In this document: one piece after another, positions 57,120-64,000 of the stretch
Layout: every line of letters begins with the position of its first letter
Position numbering within the stretch: the first letter of the stretch is position 1
Assembly: GCA_965205265.1 (NCBI GenBank)
Contig: CBDBGH010000003.1
Coordinates: forward strand, 4,032,001-4,096,000
Direction of reading: 5' to 3'
Origin: Alphaproteobacteria bacterium
GTDB taxonomy: Bacteria; Pseudomonadota; Alphaproteobacteria; Bin95
DNA: 64,000 bases
The notes under the pieces: generated by a model
Seen by the model: only the letters and a program-made list of their open reading frames with translations
Databases searched by the model: none
Told to the model about the DNA's origin: nothing
Made by a program: the position numbers and the translations under genes

Positions 57120-57518
57120 ATGGGCGCGGGGGCTGCGATGACCGGCGTGCGCTGGGCCGGCTTCCTTCCGGCAGCGCTGCTGTGGCTGCCCCTCGGCGTT
57201 GCGGCGTTGCTGCTGGCGCGGATATTCCCGCTGCCGGTCGATGCCGGGCAATGGTGGGTGCCGGTCGCCGCCATGCCCTGCGGCCTGCCGCTGGCCGGGG
57301 CGTGGCTGGCGCTCCGCCGCGCCGGGTGGCGGGGCACGGCATGGGCGGTCGCAATACCGCTCGGCGCGCTCACCGCCCCGGCCGCGCTCGCCGGCAGCGT
57401 GTCGGGGCCCTGGAGCATGGCCTGCTACGCCGTCCTGCTCAGCCTGCCGGCCTGGTCGGCCTACGGCGCGCTCCGCCGCCTGGACGCGGTCCGGCAGGCC
57501 GCCCCTCATCCCGAGTAG
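57120..57518 (+). CDS. hypothetical membrane protein
   Basis: About 4 hydrophobic segments; follows the isochorismatase gene. Confidence 0.5.
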   Translation: MGAGAAMTGVRWAGFLPAALLWLPLGVAALLLARIFPLPVDAGQWWVPVAAMPCGLPLAGAWLALRRAGWRGTAWAVAIPLGALTAPAALAGSVSGPWSMACYAVLLSLPAWSAYGALRRLDAVRQAAPHPE

Positions 57519-57964
57519 CGGCGCCTGCCCTGGCCCCTGGCGTGGAGGCGGGCGAGGCGGCGGTCGCGTTCCAGGCCGTGGCGCTTCAGGAAGCGTTGCA
57601 CGGTGACGGCGTGGAACGGGACCCCCTCCGCGGCGAGCGCATCGCGCAACTCGTACATGGTCAACAGCGGGCGCGCCTCGAGGATGCGGAAGATGCGCTC
57701 CCGCTCGCGCTCGATCCGCGAGGCGCTGTCGCCCTGCCTGCCGGGCCGCACATGGCCGCGCTCGCGGAACTGCTGCACCCAGCGGCGGACGCTGACCGGC
57801 CCCAGTCCGAAATGCCGGGCCGCGGCGGCGGCGCTCCAACCGCGCTCGACCACGGCCGCCACCGCCATGCCCCGCAGGTGCTCGCCGACCGCGCGGCCCT
57901 GCTTCAGTTCCGGCAGCCCGCCCGCCGGGCCGCGCTGCGTTCCGCCTGCCGACCGTTTCGTCAT
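57506..57964 (-). CDS. IS630 transposase-like N-terminal HTH protein without catalytic domain
   Basis: LR..AV.AV...G.S...AA..FG....SV.RW...FRE.G, P.LT..EL...L...G......V.RFL.R.G. Confidence 0.65.
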   Translation of the reverse strand: MTKRSAGGTQRGPAGGLPELKQGRAVGEHLRGMAVAAVVERGWSAAAAARHFGLGPVSVRRWVQQFRERGHVRPGRQGDSASRIERERERIFRILEARPLLTMYELRDALAAEGVPFHAVTVQRFLKRHGLERDRRLARLHARGQGRRRYSG

Positions 57965-58444
57965 CGTTCCTCCTTGCCGCCGCGCCGACGCGGCTTTCGT
58001 AAACACCCGCGCCGACGCCGCAACGCCGAAGCCGAATGCAACCGTCCGGCCCGCCCGCCCCCGCGCCGCGCTCTCCGCAGGGAACAGGCCGGATGCAACC
58101 TGCCGCCCTGTCCGCCACCGCCGCGCCGCCCTTCCAGCGCAGAAGCCGTACGCCGCAAAACGCCGCGCGGGCGCACTTCCCCCGTTCGCTGCCCGGAGGA
58201 CAGCCGGCCCGCATTCGCCAGGGCGCGACCGGTGCGGGGGCTTGCGCGCGCCGCAGCGGTCCGCCGGATTGTCAGGTCCAGATCATGCCTTCCCTGGTTT
58301 CCCCGAAGAGAGAATGGAAACATATATAGAACAATCGCGGACAATGTCAAGCCCGGAACGGGGCCGTCTTCCAGGCGATTGACCGCCCGTGAAACGCCGC
58401 TACGCTGATCCCGGCCCAAGAGCATCATGGGGAGGACGCCGCTC

Positions 58445-59554
58445 ATGCAGACCCGCGCCGCCGTAGCCCTGGAAGCCGGCAAGCCGCTCAGCATCGAAAC
58501 CGTGGAACTCGACGGCCCGCGCGAGGGCGAGATCCTGGTGGAGATCAGGGCGACCGGCGTTTGCCACACCGACGCCTACACGCTCTCCGGCGCCGACCCG
58601 GAGGGGCTGTTCCCCGCCATTCTCGGCCATGAGGGGGCGGGCGTGGTCGTCGATACCGGACCCGGCGTCACCTCGCTCAAGCCGGGCGACCATGTGATCC
58701 CGCTCTACACGCCGGAATGCCGCCAGTGCAAATTCTGCCTCTCCGGCAAGACCAATCTCTGCGTCGCGATCCGCGAGACCCAGGGCCAGGGCCTGATGCC
58801 GGACGGCACCAGCCGCTTCTCCATCGGCGGGGAGAAGCTGTTCCACTATATGGGCACCTCGACCTTCTCCAACCACACCGTCATGCCGGAGATCGCGGCG
58901 GCGAAGATCCGCGGGGACGCGCCCTTCGACAAGGTGTGCCTGATCGGCTGCGGCGTCACCACGGGCCTGGGTGCGGTGCTGAACACGGCGAAGGTGGAGC
59001 CGGGCGCCAATGTCGTCGTGTTCGGGCTCGGCGGCGTCGGGCTTTCCGTCATCCAGGGGGCGAGGCTCGCCGGCGCCAACATGATCGTCGGCGTCGACAT
59101 CAACCCTGCCAAGGCCCCGCGCGCCGAGCGTTTCGGCATGACCCATTTCGTCAACCCGAAGGAGGTCGAGGGCGACCTCGTGCCCTATCTGGTGGACCTC
59201 ACCGGCGGCGGCGCGGACTATTCCTTCGAGTGCATCGGCCTGGTCGAGACCATGCGCCAGGCGCTGGAATGCGCCCATCGAGGCTGGGGCGAAAGCATCA
59301 TCATCGGCGTGGCGGGCGCGGGCCAGGAAATCTCCACCCGCCCGTTCCAGCTCGTGACCGGGCGGGTCTGGCGCGGCACCGCCTTCGGCGGCTTCAAGGG
59401 CCGGCGCGACGTGCCGAAGATCGTGGACTGGTACATGGACGGCAAGGTCGAGATCGACGACATGGTGACCCACACCATGGGCCTCGACGCGATCAACGAC
59501 GCCTTCGACCTCATGCATGAAGGCAAGTCGATCCGCAGCGTCATCCATTTCTGA
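58445..59554 (+). CDS. frmA: S-(hydroxymethyl)glutathione dehydrogenase / class III alcohol dehydrogenase
   Basis: [31 protein letters not shown]......[22 protein letters not shown]. Confidence 0.95.
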   Translation: MQTRAAVALEAGKPLSIETVELDGPREGEILVEIRATGVCHTDAYTLSGADPEGLFPAILGHEGAGVVVDTGPGVTSLKPGDHVIPLYTPECRQCKFCLSGKTNLCVAIRETQGQGLMPDGTSRFSIGGEKLFHYMGTSTFSNHTVMPEIAAAKIRGDAPFDKVCLIGCGVTTGLGAVLNTAKVEPGANVVVFGLGGVGLSVIQGARLAGANMIVGVDINPAKAPRAERFGMTHFVNPKEVEGDLVPYLVDLTGGGADYSFECIGLVETMRQALECAHRGWGESIIIGVAGAGQEISTRPFQLVTGRVWRGTAFGGFKGRRDVPKIVDWYMDGKVEIDDMVTHTMGLDAINDAFDLMHEGKSIRSVIHF

Positions 59555-59582
59555 GGCGCGGGCGGGCGGAGGGCGGAATGCG

Positions 59583-60089
59583 ATGAAGACGCTGCTGCTG
59601 CTCCGCCATTCCAAGGCGGGCGTCGGCGCGCCGGACCGGGACCGGGGGCTGACCGGACGGGGCCGCCGCCAGGCCGCCGCCGCCGGGCGCTATCTCGCCG
59701 CCGAGGACCTCCTGCCCGATCTGGTGATCTGCTCGGACGCAAGGCGCACGCGCGAAACGCTGGACGGCCTCGCGCTAAGGCACGGCCCGGCGGTGCAGTT
59801 CGCGCCGGAGCTCTATGACGGCCATGTGCCGCAATTGCTGGACCTCGTTCGCGGGATCGAAGACGCCGGCGTCGCGCGGGTGCTGGTGGTCGGCCACAAC
59901 CCGACGATCTCCGATGCCGGCCGCTGGCTCGCGCGCGAGGGCGATCCGGCGGCGCTCTCCCGGCTCGGGCTCGGCATGCCGACTTCCGGGCTCGCCGTGC
60001 TGAAATTCGCGGCCGCGGACTGGCGCGCGGTCGGCGCGGGCACGCTCGCCCGGCTGCTGCGCCCGGCGGATTATCCTGAGGCCGGCTGA
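59583..60089 (+). CDS. SixA-like histidine phosphatase
   Basis: LLRHSK, D..R.L..RG, S.A.RT.ET, VGHNP. Confidence 0.85.
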   Translation: MKTLLLLRHSKAGVGAPDRDRGLTGRGRRQAAAAGRYLAAEDLLPDLVICSDARRTRETLDGLALRHGPAVQFAPELYDGHVPQLLDLVRGIEDAGVARVLVVGHNPTISDAGRWLAREGDPAALSRLGLGMPTSGLAVLKFAAADWRAVGAGTLARLLRPADYPEAG

Positions 60090-60190
60090 AGGCGGCGGGG
60101 GGCGGGCGGTCGCCGCCTATCGCACAGGTCTTTCGCCGGCGCCGCAAAGCCTCTAAGGTCCCGGCAGCTGTAAACCGAGGGAGGCTCTAC

Positions 60191-61315
60191 ATGCTCATCC
60201 GCACTGCACTCGCCGGCCTGACGGTCGCAGCGGTCGCCGTCGCAGGCGCCCTGCCCGCCGCGTCGGCCCCGGACCCCGTCAAGATTCGCATCGCGTCCGA
60301 CCACACCCCGCCGCCGCATCCGGCCGCGCTCGCGGAAATCCTGTTCCAGGAGCGCCTCGCGGAGGAAATCCCGGGCTCCGAGGTGCTGCTCTTCCCGGCC
60401 AAGGCGCTCTATTCGGTGCCGGAGGCCGTCGAGGCGATGACCGAAGGCAATCTGGAGATGACCTGGGGCCAGTTCGGCAAGACCGCCCAGATCGATCCCT
60501 TCATGGCCGTGGTGGTGGGCCCGATGCTGCTGACCACGCCCGGGGCCATTGACGCCATCGAGGGCTTCGACACCTACAAGATGCTGGTGAAGCGCTTCGA
60601 GGAGCTGCACGACATCAAGATCTTCGGCCACGCCCATCTCAGCTTCTACATGGGCGCGGGCTCGGGCTCCCGCCTGCTGAAGCCGGAGGATTTCGCCGGG
60701 CGCAAGATCCGCTCCATGAGCCCGGTCGAGAACGCGGCGCTGTCGGCCTGGGGCGCGAACCCCACCACCATGGCCTTCGGCGACGTGCCGCCGGCGCTCG
60801 AAACCGGCGTCATCGACGGCCTGCTGACCAGCCTCGGCGGCTTCAACGTCGTCAAGGACCAGGCGCCCTTCTTCACCGTCGCCGGCATCAACGGCATCGT
60901 CGGCGACTATTACTGGATCGGGGCCAGCATGAGCTGGTGGAACTCGCTCGATTCGGAGCAGCAGGCGATCATCGAGAGGCTGATCGTCGAGGAGATGCTG
61001 CCGTTCGCGAAGAAGGCCAACTGGTGCAACGACAAGCGCATGATCGACAAATACGGCACCGAGGACCCCTCCAAGCCCGGCATCTACATCATGACCGCCG
61101 ATGAAGCGGGCGTGCTGGCCGATGCGCTGGGCTCCGGCACGGCCGACCATATCAAGAAGAGCACGCCGGGCGGCGCCGACGAGTGGGTGGACCGGTTCGC
61201 CGAGGAAGCGAAGATGGCGGTCGCCGCCAACCCGATGGGCTCGCACTGGCTCGAGGAGACCGACTGCTCCGAGATCGAGCCCTGGTTCGAGCGCTTCGCC
61301 AAGAAGAAGAAATAG
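60191..61315 (+). CDS. TRAP substrate-binding protein (DctP)
   Basis: Signal peptide; PED..G.KIR, GA.P..M.F.DV..ALETGVIDG. Confidence 0.87.
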   Translation: MLIRTALAGLTVAAVAVAGALPAASAPDPVKIRIASDHTPPPHPAALAEILFQERLAEEIPGSEVLLFPAKALYSVPEAVEAMTEGNLEMTWGQFGKTAQIDPFMAVVVGPMLLTTPGAIDAIEGFDTYKMLVKRFEELHDIKIFGHAHLSFYMGAGSGSRLLKPEDFAGRKIRSMSPVENAALSAWGANPTTMAFGDVPPALETGVIDGLLTSLGGFNVVKDQAPFFTVAGINGIVGDYYWIGASMSWWNSLDSEQQAIIERLIVEEMLPFAKKANWCNDKRMIDKYGTEDPSKPGIYIMTADEAGVLADALGSGTADHIKKSTPGGADEWVDRFAEEAKMAVAANPMGSHWLEETDCSEIEPWFERFAKKKK

Positions 61316-61388
61316 CCGGCCCGTTGCTGCGGGGGGCCGGAAGGCTCCCCGCAGTCCCTTTCCCCGCGTGAGCCGGAGGGCGGCCCGG

Positions 61389-61985
61389 ATGAACGGGAGT
61401 TCCCCAGAGGCGACCGAACCGGTCGGCGTCGAGCTGGCGCTAGACCGCGCCTACCGCGCGCTGCATTTCCTGCTCGACAGGGTCGTGGCCCGCATCGCCG
61501 CCGTCATCCTGCTCTCCGGCACGCTGCTCGCCTGCATCGAGATCGTGCGCCGCTACATACTGGGCGTGGTGTTCGACTGGGGGCAGGACGCGGTCACCTA
61601 TGTGTCCATCGCGGCGGTCTTCATCTATTTCGCCGTCACGCAGGCCTCGCGCTCGCATCTGGCCGTGCTGGCGCTGCTTGACCTGCTGCGCCGCCGGGGT
61701 TTTGTCCGCACCGTGCTGGCCATCCGGGTGCTCGTGTCCTCCATCTCGCTCACCCTGTTCACGGCGCTTGCATATTGGGGCATCCCGGCCGTGGAGCGCG
61801 CGGAGAAGCTCGGCCGCACCACCCAGAGCATGGTGATCTATATCTGGCCGTTCCAGGCCTGCCTCGTCATCGCGTTCGGGCTGATGGCGCTCGTCACGCT
61901 CTTCCACCTCTACCAGGACGTGCAGGCGGTGCGCGGCCGGACCGTGTTCCCCTGGGCCCCGGTCGAGGAAGGGATCGAGATCTGA
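61389..61985 (+). CDS. TRAP small permease (DctQ)
   Basis: 4 TM segments; EIV.RY, HL.V; operon position. Confidence 0.82.
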   Translation: MNGSSPEATEPVGVELALDRAYRALHFLLDRVVARIAAVILLSGTLLACIEIVRRYILGVVFDWGQDAVTYVSIAAVFIYFAVTQASRSHLAVLALLDLLRRRGFVRTVLAIRVLVSSISLTLFTALAYWGIPAVERAEKLGRTTQSMVIYIWPFQACLVIAFGLMALVTLFHLYQDVQAVRGRTVFPWAPVEEGIEI

Positions 61986-61986
61986 C

Positions 61987-63270
61987 ATGGGCGCGCTCGG
62001 CACAGGCCTGATCGCCCTTCTCGCCCTCGGCGCGCCCATCGGCGTGGCGCTCGGCGGGGCGGCGGTCGCCTTCATCCTCTACGACCCGGTGCTGTCGGCG
62101 AACACCGCGTTTCGCGCCTTCTTCAGCTTCGTCAACAAATACACGCTCATGGCGATCCCGTTCTTCATCTATGCGGGCTTCCTCATGGAGCGTACGGGGC
62201 TGATCTCCAAGCTGTTCAAATTCGCCGACGCCATCATCGGCTGGCTGCCGGGCGGCTTCGCCTACGCCACCCTGATCGCGGCCGTGCTGTTCGGCGCCAT
62301 TTCCGGCTCCAGCACCGCCATGGCGGCGGCGATGGGCGTCATCGCCTATCCGGAGATGATCCGGCGCGGCTATCCGGTCTGGATGGCGGCGGGCGTCATC
62401 GCCTGCGGCGGCGGCATCGCCATCCTGATCCCGCCCTCGATCACGCTCATCCTGTTCGGCATCATCACCGAGGAGTCCATCGTCAAGCTGTTCTTCGCGG
62501 GCTTCGTGCCCGGCATCCTGCTGGCGATCTCGGATGCGGTCATCATCGTCTTCATCGCCTGGAGGCTGAAGCTGCCCGCCGGCGAGTTCAGCTTCGGAAA
62601 CCTCTGGCATTCCACCGTCGAGGCGCTGCCGGCGATCCTGATGCCGGTCTTCGTGCTGGGCGGTCTATACGGCGGCGTGTTCACGCCGACGGAGGCGGGC
62701 GCGGCCTCCTGCGCCTATGCGCTGATCTACGGCCTGGCGGCCCGGCGCGGGGCGTTCCTGCGCGAGCTGCTGCCGACGACCATGCGCGCGGCCAACCTCA
62801 CCGCCATCGTCTTCTTCCTGCTCGGCTGCGTCGGCGTCTTCCAGTTCCTGCTCGCCAACAAGGGCTGGCCGCAGGATGTCGCCAACTGGGTGGGGATGCA
62901 GGGCCTCTCCGCCATGGGCTTCCTCATCGTGCTGCTGGCCGTGCTGCTGGTCCTGTCCATGTTCCTGACCGGCGTGGCGATCCTGGCGCTGACGGTGCCG
63001 ATCATCTACCCGGTCTCGCTGACGCTCGGCATCGACCCGATCCATCTCGGCATATTGTTCGCGCTCGCGGTCGAGATGGGCGGCGTAATCCCGCCGGTCG
63101 GGCTCAACCTGTTCGCTGTGAGCGGCACCACCGGGGTGCCGGTGACGAGGGTGATGAAGGGCGCGATCCCGTTCCTGTGTACGGACGGCATCGTGCTCGT
63201 CCTCGTGCTGCTCTTCCCCATCCTCGCCCTCTGGCTGCCCAACTCTATCGTCCAGTCGGTGTTCAACTAG
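61987..63270 (+). CDS. TRAP large permease (DctM)
   Basis: L.AIPFF, FGAISGSS, LIPPS, FTPTEA, PPVGLNLF. Confidence 0.9.
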   Translation: MGALGTGLIALLALGAPIGVALGGAAVAFILYDPVLSANTAFRAFFSFVNKYTLMAIPFFIYAGFLMERTGLISKLFKFADAIIGWLPGGFAYATLIAAVLFGAISGSSTAMAAAMGVIAYPEMIRRGYPVWMAAGVIACGGGIAILIPPSITLILFGIITEESIVKLFFAGFVPGILLAISDAVIIVFIAWRLKLPAGEFSFGNLWHSTVEALPAILMPVFVLGGLYGGVFTPTEAGAASCAYALIYGLAARRGAFLRELLPTTMRAANLTAIVFFLLGCVGVFQFLLANKGWPQDVANWVGMQGLSAMGFLIVLLAVLLVLSMFLTGVAILALTVPIIYPVSLTLGIDPIHLGILFALAVEMGGVIPPVGLNLFAVSGTTGVPVTRVMKGAIPFLCTDGIVLVLVLLFPILALWLPNSIVQSVFN

Positions 63271-63304
63271 CGCGCATCGCCGGCTGCAAAGGGAGGACCG
63301 CCGG

Positions 63305-63745
63305 ATGTCCAAGTCCAGGACCGAAGCCGCCGCCACCCACCACGCGCCCGTTGTCCGGCGGCCGGCGGACCATCCGGGGCACCGGGGCCGGTTCGCGAAT
63401 GTGACGCGGATGGTTTTCCACCCGACGCCGGAGCGCCCGAACACGCCCAATGCCGGCCTCGTCACCTACGAGCCGGGCGCGGGCTTTCCGCTGCACCGGC
63501 ACGAATTCGCCCAGCTCTGGTATGTGGCGGAAGGCGAATGCCGCTTCGGCGATCGGACGCTGAGCGCCGGCGACATGGTCTATATGGAAGACCCGCATTT
63601 CGAGCACGAGATGCACACCGAGACGGGCTGCACCATCGTCTTCATGCAATATCCCGGCCCGACGACGGGCGCGCGGCCGATCTACGAAGGCCGCTTCGAC
63701 GGCAGGGAAGCGGCGGAGGGCAGGGAGCCGGACCTGGAGCGGTGA
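63305..63745 (+). CDS. cupin domain protein
   Basis: YEPGA.FPLH.H...Q..YV.EG, H.EH.M. Confidence 0.78.
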   Translation: MSKSRTEAAATHHAPVVRRPADHPGHRGRFANVTRMVFHPTPERPNTPNAGLVTYEPGAGFPLHRHEFAQLWYVAEGECRFGDRTLSAGDMVYMEDPHFEHEMHTETGCTIVFMQYPGPTTGARPIYEGRFDGREAAEGREPDLER

Positions 63746-63814
63746 GAATCGGGCCGGAGGCCGGTCGGTGGCGGAAATTCGTTCGCATTTCATGAAATAT
63801 TTCTGGTTTGATAC

Positions 63815-63841
63815 TTGACATCTGGCGGAGTGTGCTACAAT
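63815..63841 (+). promoter_or_regulatory. candidate sigma70 promoter
   Basis: TTGACA-N15-TACAAT with TG extension and AT-rich upstream tract; spacer is short. Confidence 0.4.
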
Positions 63842-64000
63842 GCCCCCAAGGGAAGCGGACTCCGGAGCCGCCTCCCCGGGTGCTGCGCGGCCGGGCGGCA
63901 CCAGTTTTTTGAAAACCCGTGAGAAGCCGACAGGAGAGGTGCGCCCTCCGCCTCGCGCGCGCAATCAGGCGCGCGAACCGCGCCGCCGCGAAACGCGCGC

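Noticed and set aside
4759-59554. Linked formaldehyde pathway (GFA protein plus frmA)
   Set aside because: The genes are over 50 kb apart, no frmB is present, and most GFA-domain proteins have no shown role in formaldehyde metabolism.
1-64000. tRNA or rRNA genes
   Set aside because: No cloverleaf or rRNA signature recognised by eye; tRNAscan-SE and barrnap were not run.

Overview
GC-rich alphaproteobacterial chromosome segment (hemE-hemH-hemJ, DUF1013/trcR, rplM-rpsI, argC, folE, frmA) dense in catabolic genes, two TRAP transporters and tandem P450s. The main structure is a 10.9-kb unit (8895-19833) inserted into an M20 Zn-hydrolase gene and flanked by a 5-bp direct repeat (ATTAC). Its right end is the IRL of an IS1380-family element and its left end is an imperfect IR-like sequence inside an integrase gene. 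This is the signature of ISEcp1-style one-ended transposition, here carrying a type I-C CRISPR-Cas locus. That locus has lost cas5c and most of cas8c but keeps the internal cas11 ORF, cas7, cas4, cas1, cas2 and a 20-repeat array, itself hit by an ISKra4-like element. Other notable items: a secreted-looking 20-Cys ([10 protein letters not shown])x6 peptide, toxin-antitoxin cassettes flanked by duplications of host gene 3' ends, a MITE nested in a REP-like palindrome, and a frameshifted coxL-like gene. All calls come from reading the sequence and recognising motifs; no database searches were run.
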